Shown: positions 12,719 to 25,255 of the stretch, in pieces
How the letters are laid out: every line of letters starts with the position of its first letter
Position numbering within the stretch: the first letter of the stretch is position 1
From: Scyliorhinus canicula
Taxonomy: Eukaryota
NCBI RefSeq assembly: GCF_902713615.1
Contig: NC_052163.1
Coordinates: 84,741,721 to 84,805,720 of the forward strand
Length of the DNA stretch: 64,000 bases
Reading direction: 5' to 3'
Position numbers and translations under genes: made by a program
Notes under the pieces: model-generated
What the model saw: only the letters and a program-made list of their open reading frames with translations
The model's database searches: none
What the model was told of the DNA's origin: nothing

Positions 12719-13059
12719 CAGAACAGTACAGCACAGAACAGGCCCTTCAGCCCTCGATGTTGTGCCGAGCAATGATCACCCTACTCAAACCCACGTATCC
12801 ACCCTATACCCGTAACCCAACAACCCCACCCCCCCCCCCAACCTTACTTTTTAGGACACTACGGGCAATTTAGCATGGCCAATCCACCTAACCCGCAAAT
12901 CTTTGGACGGTGGGAGGAAACCAGAGCACCCGGAGGAAACCCACGCACACACGGGGAGGACGTGCAGACTCCGCACAGACAGTGACCCAGCCGGGAACCG
13001 AACCTGGGACCCTGGAGCTGTGAAGCATTTATGCTAACCACCATGCTACCATGCTGCCC
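12719..13059 (-). mobile_element. tRNA-derived HE1/V-type SINE with CR1-like tail
   Basis: GGGCAGC..TGGTTAGC A box, GGTTCGGTTCC B box, central GTGGGTTTCCTCCGGGTGC domain, tail GGCCTGTTCTGTGCTGTACTGTTC. Confidence 0.9.
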
Positions 13060-13380
13060 GTTTTGTACAATTTTCTTTAACAAAGTACAGAAAATATATA
13101 ACAAGAAAAAAGGGGGGATGTAGTGATATGCATCACTGTATATACACAAGGGGTTAAGGTAAATGCACTATAACTAAGTAACCACTAGAGGGAGCACCAG
13201 CGATGTGTATATATACATAGACAAACAGGAAGCAGCCTCTCTCTCTTCACAAGACACAGACAGGCAGCTCAGATGTAACATTGTCTAAGCGCTGGAGAGA
13301 GAACAAACTCATAGAAATAAAGCATCTACTTCAACTGTAAGTCTATGAGCTTTATTCAGACACAAGGAATAATACAGGTG

Positions 13381-13510
13381 GTGAAATGAAATGAAATGAA
13401 AATCGTTTATTGTCACAAGTAGGCTTCAAATGAAGTTACTGTGAAAAGCCCCTAGTCGCCACATTCCGGTGCCTGTTCGGGGAGGCTGGTATGGGAAGCT
13501 GGTACGGAGG
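13381..13510 (-). mobile_element. Partial short tRNA-type SINE with (ATTTC)n tail
   Basis: Matches the 3' half of the copies at 22996 and 28555. Confidence 0.75.
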
Positions 13511-14127
13511 CTGGTGGGCTGTGGAATCGGGGTGGACGGGCATGGAGCACCAATGCCGCAGCCAGAAAGGCAGCCATGCAGATGTGCTTGCCGCTGACAG
13601 GCCACTGTGAATTTAGGGTGGCAGGTTGAATAGGTGCCCCCCAAGCCACCCCCCTAAGTGCCCTCTGGCCCAGCAAACCCATCAGCTGGATGGACACGCT
13701 CCAGCACAACCAATACCATCTTGTTGTCTGGGTAAGTGTGTGTGGGGATTGTAATGTGTATATGCGGCTGCAGCTTGTCAGATTCCCAAGTGACAATCAT
13801 GTACCCGGCGAACCCCACACGTTTTTCATTGGAATCGATTGTGTTCCACGTGGCGATGGTGCTAGCCCTTCCCCAGTTGCTGAATCGATCCAGGTTTGGC
13901 TCCAGTTTTGCGGTCATGAACGTCCATGAATTCTGCTTCGGCGTCAACACTTTGTCTCAGAAATGGAGAATCCCGCCCTTTGTCTTTCCTTCTTGCACAG
14001 ATCACACTGGAACTGATTTCATGCTTCCAGTCATGTGCTCACAGGTCAGCATTAATCAATTGCTATCACTGGGCGCGAATCGCCAGAAACATTTCTCAGT
14101 ATGGTAGCAAGCAGGAATTGCTGCGGG

Positions 14128-15699
14128 CAGTGGCGGACCTACATTTTTGGGGCCCTGAAGCTTGAACTGTTATGGGGGCCCCTTCGCAACCAGAAACAAG
14201 ATCTAGGTAACCACTGTTATCTTCTTCAATGGGGTTGTTCCACGACAGATCACCACAAATTTTTTTAAAATGTAACCACTACATCTCAGATTTTGATTAA
14301 AATTGCTGGACTGGATTATCTCACATGTCAAAGTCACTGGTGTAAATAAAAATTTCCTATGCCTTATAGTTTTCGAGTTATGGGGGGATGAAAATTAGGG
14401 AAATGTTATATACATGCATGATGCATCATAGAATGATGAAATAAAACATAGAAAACATCACAGCCAATATAATCTTTTATTTTAGACACCTATGAGAATA
14501 CATACTACATGGAGCACATTTTACAAAATACTCTTTTTTTCTGTTTTTTCTAGCAAGATATTCATGTACAGTTTTGTCATATGAGAGCTTCCTTGCCACT
14601 TAAGTACTTTTGTGAACTCATTGTTATTCCTCTAGGGTCTTGACCTCTGTTAAAAAGGGGAAAAAATTACATTAGCCACAGCAAAACAGCCAATTTACCG
14701 TGACACTCCACCTTTACAACATCTGTGCTACTGACTCAAACTTTTGGATTGTTGAAATATCTACAACAAAAAATTAATCAATTTTTGTTTTGTGGCTATT
14801 GTCGCATGCTTTGAAAGGAAAAAAAATTAGGCCTACTTTCTGAAAAAGGATTTTTTTTTAAAACCCTTCTCAGAAAGTAAAGCGCCATTTTTTAAAGATT
14901 TATAATAAATAAGCTAAATAGGCTAAACTAGGCTATGTTCAAGCTAGCCTACGCTAGGCTAGACTAAGTTAGACAAGACTAGGCCACCAAAACTCATAGG
15001 CTAAGGTAATGTAAAACAATTTTACCATTATTTGAACACTTTTCATAATAAACACCTGTACTTGTAATATAGTATTAGCCGAGGCTATGCGGTCGTAGCT
15101 TACCTTCCGTTCACCTGTTCATGAAAACAATAGGCTTCGGCTAATCTAACACTATTTCGCCTTTATTACTTACCTTACTCTTCTAAATATAACATTTATC
15201 TTTGCGTCGTGGGTAATTAAAATATTGTATCCTTATGAACACTATATTGAAAAAAATTCTTGTCTAGATCGCTATCACGAGCGCTATCACGTTGAAAATT
15301 CACGTTAGCATTGTGATTGCCTTTTCAACTGCCCCCTTTTTTGTTACGACACGTCATCTACTGTTTATATTTCTGTCATAAATGTTAATAGTGTTTTAAA
15401 TTATTTATAATTATTTTATATTAAATATATTTAGAATGAAACATCCTTCAATTTGAACGTTTTTTTTTCGTTTACGGCTAGCCGACATGATACTTTAATA
15501 ACCTTTTAATTTTTATTTTAACTATTATTTTGTATTGAATTGCACTATATTATTAATATTATCATTTTTTTAAAACCCCTTCTCATACAGTAGACCCAAA
15601 GTTTTTAAGGAATGTGGACTAAAGTCGCTTCTGGGGCCGCTCCGGGATTAGGGGCCCTGAAGCTTAAGCTTCATTAGTTTCATAGTCGATTCGCCCCTG
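14128..15699. mobile_element. Non-autonomous hAT-like DNA transposon, 1572 bp
   Basis: Imperfect TIRs CAGTGGCGGACCTAC / CAGGGGCGAATCGAC (11/15); flanks GCTGCGGG / GCCGCTGG (6/8, degenerate 8-bp TSD); GGGGCCCTGAAGCTT repeated subterminally at both ends; no ORF. Confidence 0.7.
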
Positions 15700-16260
15700 G
15701 CCGCTGGCCTCCCGACGCTCAGCCCAGCGAGACCGGCAACTAAATTCACGTTAACTGGTCCACTTACAAGGCATTACGGGCTTCTCGCCGCAAATGAAGG
15801 CTCGCCAGCTAATTTTCCGGGACCGCGCTCGCCTGCTAACAAGGTCGAGCAGCACTTAGGCTGAACTTGCTCAACCAACCCCAGCTAGCTTGCAATAATG
15901 GCACCGAGGAGACGGGCCCTAAGATTTGGGGGCGCTGATCTGGGGAGGCTCCAAGATGCGGTGGAGGCCAGGGGGGATGTCCTGATCCCCCCAAGGGTCC
16001 TGGAGGGTGAGCCACTGGGCAGCTAGTGCTGCCTGCGTGAGTTGGTGGCTGTGTGCTCGGGGAATATGACCAGGAGGTCTGGCCTACAGTGCCAAAAAAT
16101 ATCAATGACCTACACAGGGCAGCAGGAGTGAGTTAACACCAACACCCCCCATTCCCCCCCAAAGGCAGCATCCAGCCCCCCAACTCCCAATGCAACCCCC
16201 AACCCTCCCTCAACCCACTTCAATCACCCAAACCCTCCCTTCACACCCCTTCCCACCACT

Positions 16261-16609
16261 ATAGAACATAGAACATAGAACAGTACAGCACAGAACAGGC
16301 CCTTTGGCCCTCAATGTTGTGCCGAGCCATGGTCACCCTACTCAAACACACGTATCCACCCTATACCCGTAACCCAACAACACCCCCTTTAACCTTACTT
16401 TCATTAGGACACTACGGGCAATTTAGCATGGCCAATCCACCTAACCCGCACATCTTTGGACTGTGGGAGGAAACCGGAGCACCCGGAGGAAACCCACGCA
16501 CACAGGGGGAGGACGTGCAGACTCCACACAGAGAGTGACCCAGCCGGGAATCGAACCTGGGACTCTGGAGCTGTGAAGCATTTATGCTAACCACCATGCT
16601 ACCCTGCTG
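16261..16609 (-). mobile_element. HE1/V-type SINE
   Basis: Same family as 12719-13059, (TTCTATG)n tail. Confidence 0.9.
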
Positions 16610-16734
16610 CTATGAACCATGCATGTAGCTAACGATGCCCCCTCTGTGTCTGCTCAGAAAAAGCTTCCCATAATCGCCGGGAGAGGGCCCAGACTGGCGG
16701 AGGGGTGCCGTATTTTAGAATTCTCACCTTTTCG

Positions 16735-19220
16735 ATTTCCGGTGGCGGTCATGGAGTGAAAGGTCACATATTTTGCAGCTCCCGCTCATGGTGGTCTTTC
16801 TGTGGCCTTTACGCCGGTTTTCGTAAAAATTTTGCAGGAAAAAGGTGCAGAAGTTAAGAGCAGAAGAGAGTGACCCCGAGTGTATGGAGCTGCGGTCCAG
16901 GAGTGCCCGGGAAAAAGCTAATCAGTTGGTTGAGGCGAGTGGGGAGCGGACAACGTACGCGGAGATGGCGGACGGACAGGGTTCGGCCCTGTCAGCTCAG
17001 TGGTCGGTGGACCAGTTGGTGAGCTTCTGAAATGAGATGTTCACCCAACAGCGGAAGGAAAGTGTGGAGAACCTGGCCCGGGTGGTGGACCCGTTCAAGG
17101 CGGTGGTTGACCGCGTGGAGACGAGACTGACGACCCAGGGACAGGCGATACAGAGGTTGGAGGAGCTGGCAGGGAAGCATGAAGAACAGTCCACCTCGAT
17201 GGCAGCAGAGATTGGGATGCTGCATGACCAGCAGAAGGGACTGGTGGAGAAAGTGGAGGACCTGGAGAACCGTTCTCGGTGGCAGAATATCCGGATTGTG
17301 GGTCTGCCGGAGGGAATCGAAGGATCGGATGTGGGTGATTATGTTGGGATGATGCTGGAGAAGCTGCTTGGGGAAGGTGCATTTGGCCGGCTATTGGAGG
17401 TGGATCAGGCCCACCGCACACTGATGCGCAAGCCCTAGGGAGGTGAGCCGCCGAGGGAGATATTGATACAATTGCATCGGTTCCTGGACAAGGAACGCAT
17501 CATGAGGTGGGCCGGGCAGATGAGGCGATGCACTTGGGAAGATGTCGAGGTTCGGGTGTACCAAAACCTGGGAGCAGAGCTCGCGAAGAGGAAGGCGAGT
17601 TTTAATAGGGTCAAGCTGGCCCTGGACAAGAAGGGCATAAAGTTCGGACTACTGTACCCGGCTCGCCTATGGGTGACCTATGGGGCCCGGGAGTTGTACT
17701 TTGGCTCGGCGGAGGAGGCAGCGGACTTTATGAAGGAGAATGAACTGGCAGGGGAAGAAGGACCTTGAACTTTGATTGAGGAGAACTGAACTACGTTGTG
17801 AAAAACTTTGGGTTTATGTTGTTTGGAATTCTTTCGGGGTTTTTTCCGTTCTTCGGTTCTGGTTCGGGTTAGGTCGGTTTACAGTGCTTTGGGTGTGAGG
17901 GGTGGGTCTTCGTGTTCGGACCTTCGGAGGGATTGTTTGTTTGTTTTTACTTATTGCCTTTGTTTTGACTGTTTGCACTAAGTGCAGGGAGTGGAGAATC
18001 AGTGGGGGTAGGATGCTAAGTGCCATGGGCGGGGGCTGCCAGGCTAGCTGGGCGGGCTAGTTCACAGAAGCAAAGTGGGGGGTGAGCTGAAGATTGATGT
18101 GGGGGGGGAATGGGTGGGGGAGTGGGAGTGGGGGGTTTGGGTGGGGCGGGGGGGACTTTCAAAGTGGAGGAGGAGGAGCGTTGATGCGGGCCAGGGGAGG
18201 TGCGGGATATAGGCCGCAGACTGGCCTAGGAAAGATTATGGCTGATTGGCAGGGGAGGGGTTGGGGTGCTCCCTGACCAGGCTGGTCACGTGGAATGTTA
18301 GGGGACTGAATGGGCCAGTCAAAAGGGCCCGTGTATTCGCGCACTTGAGGCAACTGAAGGCGGACGTGGCCATGTTGCAGGAGACGATTCTGAAGGTGGA
18401 GGGCCAGATTAGGTGAAGGAAGGGGTGGGTTAGGCAGGTGTTCCATTCTGGATTAGACTTTAAAACGAGGGGCTGGCGATCTTAGTTAATAAGCGGGTAG
18501 CATTTGAGGTGGGGAATATAGAAGCGGACCCGGGGGTAGATATGTTATGGTTAGTGGGAAGCTGGAGGGAATGGCCTTTGTGTTGGTAAATATTTATGCC
18601 CCGAACTGGGATGACGTTGAGTTTGTTAAATGGGTATTGGGGAAGATCCCGGACCTAGATTCACATCAACTGATTATGGGGGGAAGATTTCAATATGTTC
18701 CTGGGTCCAAGGCTGGACAAGTTGAGTTCTAGGTCTGGGAATGTATCAGCTATGGCAAAGGAGCTTCGAGAGTTTATGGAACGCATTTGGGGGGGGGGGG
18801 GGGGGGGGGGGTTTATCCGTGGAGATTTGGGAGGCCGAGGAGTAAAGAGTTTGCATTCTACTCCCATGTGCATAAGGTGTATTCCCGGATAGACTTCATT
18901 GTGATGGACAAAACGCTGCTGGCTGAGGTGGTAGATGCTGAATATTCAGCAATTGTGATGTCAGACCACGCCCCACACTGGGTAGACTTGCAAGTTAACA
19001 AGGGAAAGGCCCAGCGCCCGCAATGGATGTTGGATGTGGGGCTGTTGGCAGAGGAGGAGGCGTGTGAGTGGGTGAGGAAGGTCATTCGGGATATATAAAG
19101 ATCAATGACATGGGTGAGGTTTTGGCCGGGATGGTTTAGGAGGCACTGAAGGTAATTATTAGAAGGGAATTCATCTCAATTCAGGCCCATAAGGAGAAGG
19201 CTGATTGGGCAGAGCTGGAC
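16735..19220 (+). mobile_element. L1-clade LINE 5' part (5'UTR, disrupted ORF1, endonuclease)
   Basis: ORF1 LEDLENRSRWQNIRIVGLPEG..VDQAHR; ORF2 LVTWNVRGLNGPVKR, YSRIDF, SDHAPH; stops and frameshifts; 3' part missing. Confidence 0.88.
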
Positions 19221-19224
19221 AAAG

Positions 19225-19553
19225 GTGGCTACTCACCTCCTTGGCTACCATAGTCCTCCTGCCAGACTCACGTTTTAAAAAAGGAGCACTAATCAGCGCC
19301 AGCGTGACCACTTACTGGGGAGGACACTGAAAGACAGGAGGCCGTTGGATATGGGTTCGATCCTGGGAATAGGGATTAAGTGATGATAATTGGTTCCTCG
19401 TCAAGCTACGGTGAGATCCCAATTTCACCTACAGGAGCGGGCCGGTTGCATCGCAAACTGTCTGGCGAGGTTCCCATTTTCCGCCTCTCCCGCTATTCAC
19501 CGGCCTTGTTTCGCTTGAGCTAAAGAACAATGAGGTTGGGGAATCTCGCCCCT
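19225..19553. repeat. Interspersed repeat end (Harbinger-like), homologous to 60140-60490
   Basis: Shared GGCTACTCACCTC..CAGCGTGACCACTT..GGGGAGG..TTGGATAT..GATCCCAATTTC blocks. Confidence 0.55.
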
Positions 19554-20034
19554 TGAGTCATGAATGTTCAAAGAGTCGTGACTCACTCAGGGATCGTATT
19601 TCTTCTCAGGAACAGGACACACTGGGGTCTGTGTTTACATACTGTCTGTCCAAGGCAAAGCAACAGCCATTGCCCAAACACCTACTGTGCCTTGAGTTGA
19701 TAATGATCTCCTATGAGGCAGGGGCTTCCTGATGTCCTGCATCTGCATCCTGTTGTAGAAACTGAATTCCCAGCAAAACTCTAGAAAGCTTCTGTGATGT
19801 CTTTAGTATCTTTGTTACTTAGCCACATTTCCCATCAGGCTACTGTGTCTCATTTGCTTGGTCATATTTCCAGTAGGCTTAGGACCAGGGCTACGACACC
19901 TTAATAAGAACCACAAAAACATGCCCAATACCTGATAATGTGCTGGCAAGGAGGGGGACAATTCAAAAATAGTTCTTAACAATTTCAAAAATGACAACCC
20001 ATGCGATTGTGACTTTCCATCTTCATCCTATTAT

Positions 20035-20220
20035 TTTTTTAATATGTTTCATTCCAAACTCAAACAAGGTTGGATTACAAAAACCACCCACAAACACAAT
20101 AGTTATGCACAGTTTGTAACATTTTTCCCCTTATATCCCCCCACTACCCCAAGTTCCTCCCCCTCTCTGTCCCCAGCACCCCCATCCCTCTCCCCCACTC
20201 CCTCCCCAGCTCCCCCCCCC

Positions 20221-20254
<34 letters not shown>

Positions 20255-21530
20255 CGATAAACAGATCCTTGAACATGGCTAGGAATGGACATCACTGCAC
20301 GTACAAACCTTCCTCTGACCCTCTTAGAGTGAACTTGATCTTCTCCAGACTCAAAAGCCAGTGTAGGTACCCCACTCACACCACCACCCCCAGCAGTGTT
20401 GCCAACCGCTAGTTCAGCCAAATCCCCTGATGAACAATCAGGGAGGCAAAGGCCATCACATCGGCCCCCTTCCCCTCCTGTAGCCCTAACAGCTCCGAAA
20501 CTCCAAAAAATCATCACCGAGGGAACGGCGCTACTTTGAACCCCACTATCTCCGACAGAGCCTTCAACACCGCTTCCCAAACACCCTCCAGTTTCACACA
20601 CCCCAGAACATATGGGCATTGTTCGCCGGCCCCCACCCACACTTCTCACAAAGATCTCCTATCCCAGGGGAAAACCCCCTCATCCGGGTTCGTCTCATAT
20701 GTACCCTGTGCACCTACTTAAATTGAATGCGGCTCATCCTTGCACATGAGGAAGTCGAATTGACTCGATGCGATACCTCACTCCATATCCTCCACCCCAG
20801 CTCGGTCCCCAACTCTTCTTCCCACCTGCTCTTAATCCTTTCCACTAACGTCATCTCCTTCTTTCCCAACCTCCCACAGATGTCTCCGATCTTCCCTTCC
20901 CCCACTCATCTGGAGCTAGCAGCTTTTCCAGTAATGTATACTCCGGTATTGGGGGGAAATGGGCAGGTCTTTCCACACATAATCCCGCACCTATAGGTAT
21001 CTGAACTCTCTCCACTTTGGCAACTCAAACTTTTCCATAAGCTCCACCAAATCTACAAGCCGATCTCCAAGAAATAGATCCCTCACTCGCCCTACCCCTG
21101 CCCTCTGCCACCTCTCATATATCATGCCAATTCCATCTGGGCACAAACCTATGACTCACACACAATGTGGTCAGTACTGACCCCAGCCCCAATTTAAAGT
21201 ACTTCTGTGACTGATTCCAGATCTTTATTGATAACACCACCACCGGGCTATTGGTGTATTTCCCCGGGACAAATGGCATCAGAGCCATTCCCATAGCCCT
21301 TAAACTCAACCCCTTACAGGAGTCCTCCTCCACCCACACCCATTCCGACCCTCTCTGCAGCCACCATTGTCTCACCTTCTCCACATTAGCTTCCCAGTAA
21401 TAGTGCAGCAGATTAGGGAGCTCTAGACCCTCCCACTTGCCTCTTCCTCTACAAAAGGGCCCTGCTGATCCTCAACGTGTTGGCTGCCCAAACAAACACG
21501 GATCTATGTACACGGACACTGAGATCTCTC
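20035..21530 (-). mobile_element. L1-clade LINE 3' fragment
   Basis: RVNSTSSCARMSRIQFK, AHMFW-type C-terminus, G-rich 3'UTR. Confidence 0.8.
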
Positions 21531-21534
21531 TGTT

Positions 21535-22490
21535 CATCCACACTACCAAGAATATTCCTATTAGCCCAGTACTCTGTCTTCCTGTTATTCCTTCCAAAAT
21601 GAATCACCTCACACTTTTCTGCATTGAACTCCATTTGCCACCTCTCAGCCCAGCGCTGCAACTTATCTATGTCCCTCTGTAACTTGTAACATCCTTCCAC
21701 ACTGTCCACAACTCCACCGATTTTAGTGTCATCTGCAAATTTACTCACCCATCCTTCTACGCCCTCCTCCAGGTCATTTATAAAAATGACAAACAGCAAC
21801 GGCCCCAAAACAGATCCTTGTGTTACACCACTAGTAACTGGACTCCAGTCTGAACATTTCCCATCAACCACCACCCTTTGTCTTCTTCCAGCTAGCCAAT
21901 TTCTGATCCAAACTGTTAAATCACCCTGAATCCCATGCCTCCATATTTTCTGCAATAACCTACCATGGCGAACCTTATCAAACGCTTTACTGAAATCCAT
22001 ATACACCACATCAACTGCTTTACCCTCATCCACCTGTTTGGTCACCTTCTCAAAGAACTCAATAAGGTTTGTGAGGCACGACCTACCCTTCACAAAACTG
22101 ACTATCTCTAATCAAATTATTCCTTTCCAGATGATTATACATCCTATCTCTTATAAACCTTTCCAGGACTTTGCCCACAACAGAGGTAAGGCTCACTGGT
22201 CTATAGTTACTGGGGTTGTCTCTACTCCCCTTCTTGAACAAGGGGACAACATTTGCTATCCTCCAGTCTTCTGGCACTATTCCTGTAGACAAAGATGACT
22301 TAAAGATCAAAGCCAAAGGCTCAGCAATCTCCTCCCTAGCTTTCCAGAGAATCCTAGGATAAATCCCATCCGGCCCAGGGGACTTATCTATTTTCACACT
22401 TTCCAGAATTGCTAACATCTCCTCCTTATGAACCTCAAGCCCTTCTAGTCTAGTCGCCTGAATCTCAGTATTCTCCTCGACAACATTGTC
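21535..22490 (-). mobile_element. CR1 LINE RT fragment
   Basis: KSPGPDGIYP, NYRPVSLTS, DFSKAFDKV, QGSVLGP, FADD. Confidence 0.9.
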
Positions 22491-22499
22491 TTTTTCATT

Positions 22500-24420
22500 T
22501 TTGTGTTATTGTTTGTGTTTCAGAATCTCCCGATCTTCATTCCTCGGGCTTTTTACAGCAGGGTGAATGCACTGATTTGGGGGTTTGTTTGGGGGGGTAA
22601 AGCCCCGCGGATGAAGAAGGTGCTGCTGGAGCGGGGTCGAAGTGGGGGGGAGGGGGATGTGGGTTAGCTATTCCGAATTTAATGAACTACTATTGGGCGG
22701 CCAATATAGCCATAGTGAAGAAGAAGGCAGTGGAGGAGGGGTCGGTATGGGAGCAGATGGAGGCAGCCTCTTGTAAAGTCACGAGTTTAGGGGCATTGTT
22801 GACAGCACCTTTACCGTTCTTGATGGCCAGGTACCCCACAAGCCCAGTGATGGTGGCTGCCCTGAGGGTGGGGGGACAGTGGCGGCAGCACCTGAGGCTG
22901 GAAGGGGCCTCAGTTTGGGCACCGATCCATGGGAATGACCAGTCTGTCCCGGGGGGCTGAATGGGGCTTTTCGGGGGTGGCAACAGGCGGGGATGAAAAA
23001 AAATGAAATGAAAATCGCTTATTGTCACAAGTAGGCTTCAAATGAAGTTACTGTGAAAAGCCCCCAGTCGCCATTCCGGCGCCTGTTCGGGGAGGCTGGT
23101 ACGGGAATTGAACCGTGCTGCTGGCCTGCCTTGGTCTGCTTTAAAAGCCAGCTCTTTAGCCCTGTGCTAAACCAGCCCCTAATTGAGCGGTTTGGGGATC
23201 TATTCGTTGGGGGCAGCTTTCCAAGCTTGGAGGGGTTGGTGAAAGAGTTTGGGGTGTCCACAGGGAATGGATTTTGGTATTTGCAGGTGAGGGATTTTGT
23301 CCGGACGCAGGTACCGTTCTTTCCTCACCTGCCGCCCAAGGGGCTGCAGGACAAGGTGGTGTCAAGAACAGGGGTAGGGGAGGGTCATGTGTCAGAAATT
23401 TACAAGGAGTTGATGGATTGGGAGGGAGCCCCGATAGGGGGAGTGAGGCGCACGTGGGAGCTGGGTAGGGAGTTGGAGGCTGGGCTGATGGGAGGAAGCT
23501 CTGAGGAAGGTGAATGCATCCTCGCCATGCGCTAGGCTTAGCCTTATTCAGTTTAAGGCGGTCCACAAGGCGGACATGACGGTGGCCAGGATGAGCAAGT
23601 TTTTTCAAAGGGGTGGAAGATAGGTGTGGATGGTGTGCAGGTGGTCATGTCCATATGTTTTGGGCCTGTCCGAAGTTTGGAGGATTTTGGCAGGGGTTTG
23701 CTGATATTGTGTCAGAGGTCCTGAAAGTGAAGATGGTCACGAGTCCTGAAGTGGCGATCTTTGGAGTGTCAGAAGACCTGGGAGTCCAGGGGGCGCGAGA
23801 GGCCGATGATTTGTCCTTTGCCTCCCTGGTAGCCCAGAGGCGAATATTATTAGAATGGAGGGACTCGGAGCCCCCGAAACCGGGAGTGTGGGTGAGTGAC
23901 CTGGCTGAGTTTCTCAGGAGGGAAAAGATAAAGTTCGCCTTGAGAGGGGGTCTGGAGGGGTTTGCCCGGAGATGACAGCCATTCGTCACCTTCTTTACAA
24001 GCAGTTAAGATGTGAGCAAGGAGGGGGGGGGGGGGGGGGGGGGGGGAGAGAATGAGGAGGTTGGGGAGTTGGGGAGTAGGGGGGGGGGGGATGGTGGGGT
24101 GTTAGGTATTTAGTTGAGTTGGTTATTGAATATATTGCATTATTGAATATATTCAAGAGGTGGCTAGATACAGCACTTGGGGAGAATGGGATCAAAGGCT
24201 ATGGGGAGAAAGCAGGATTAGGCTATTGAGTTGGATGATCAGCCATGATCGTGATGAATGGTGGAGTAGGCTTGAAGGGCCAAAAGGCCTCCTCGTGCTT
24301 CTATCTTCTATGTAACTTTGTATCGATATGTATTTGCAGCCCTGTTGGCTTGTATTGTTTTGTGACTGTGTTTGATGTGTAAATATATAAATGCCTCAAT
24401 AAAAAAGTTTTCAAAAAAAA
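22500..24420 (+). mobile_element. L1-clade LINE 3' fragment with nested SINE (22996-23179) and CR1 tail (about 24170-24315)
   Basis: FQNLPIFIP, NYYWAAN, CGWCAGGHVHMFWACP, ends CTCAATAAAAAAG..poly(A). Confidence 0.82.
22996..23179 (-). mobile_element. Short tRNA-type SINE with (ATTTC)n tail
   Basis: GGGGCTGGTTTAGCAC A box, GGTTCAATTCC B box. Confidence 0.85.
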
Positions 24421-25255
24421 ATAATCCATGGTCCTTCATTGATGGCAGCTTGATGGTGTTTGTTATCTAGCATTTTCTCTTCTTATCCGTCTCTTTATGA
24501 TGGTGATTTTGGTTGTTTAGTATCCTTTCTTTGACCGTGATCGAATCGAGTGCCGCCATTCCTGGGAGGTGGGTGAAAGGTTTAGATCTTCATGGCTAAG
24601 CCCAAATTGTGGGAGGGACATTTGGCTCTCATTCTCCTTTTGGCTTATCTCTTCGCCCCCCCCCCCCCCCCTCCCCCCCCACCCCCCCCCCCCCCACCCC
24701 ACACACTTTTGAAGAGTCTGTCTCCTGATAGTAATGATGGTATGGCGGTCGGATTAGATTTACATGTCCTCGTTTGTGTTGAGGAATGCCCCTTTAGAAC
24801 TATTGTGGTCATGATTTCTTTGTAGTTTTGTTGTGTTGGGTTTATAAGGTACTGACTGGATCCTACAATGGTACAGACAGGTCCCTTATCTGAAAAAAGA
24901 ACATTCTAATGACATTATGGTGCCTCTGGTGTGACGTGAGATGGGGAAATGTGTTTTAGTGCATGCCCGATATTTTTTCTGGTGGATTGTACAATGGCGG
25001 TAGTTAATTTCAAACTATGCTAATTGTCACTTAAACCCCTCGGTGGATAAGCTCCCAGTAACCTGTTATCTTTGAGTTTTTACTCAAACTCCTCCTTCCA
25101 CCCGATCTAGGTCATGTCGTTTCAATGCGTCCCTGCTCAGGGATAAATCCTTTACTTTGTATTTTAAGAAGGAGTTTAAAGCTTTTTTACTCAGTCAACT
25201 ATCTTTCTGATGTGGTGCACCGTTCCATTTTGTGGGAGACTTGCCACTATGCGAG

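Larger units (their letters stand above)
4962..13376 (+). mobile_element. Non-autonomous Gypsy-like LTR element B (LTRs 4962-5239 and 13119-13376) with nested L1 and SINE
   Basis: Two TGTAGTGATATGC..AATACA LTRs differing by about 15 substitutions and a 20-bp indel; PBS TGGTACAAGGA at 5240 (tRNA-Leu(UAA)-like); PPT AAGAAAAAAGGGGGGA before 13119; flanks GGTGA/GGTGG (degenerate 5-bp TSD). Confidence 0.9.
4556..13978. mobile_element. Harbinger-like non-autonomous repeat split by element B (arms about 4556-4961 and 13510-13978)
   Basis: Sequence style is continuous across the LTR insertion; ends GCCGTGTTTCTCC and GGAGAATCCCGCCC resemble termini recurring in the window. Confidence 0.5.

Noticed and set aside
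12719-13059. tRNA genes suggested by A and B boxes (also the other SINE heads)
   Set aside because: No cloverleaf; followed by SINE body and tail
20035-24420. Inverted L1 pair as one element
   Set aside because: The arms cover the same ORF2 region, differ in sequence and are separated by a CR1 fragment
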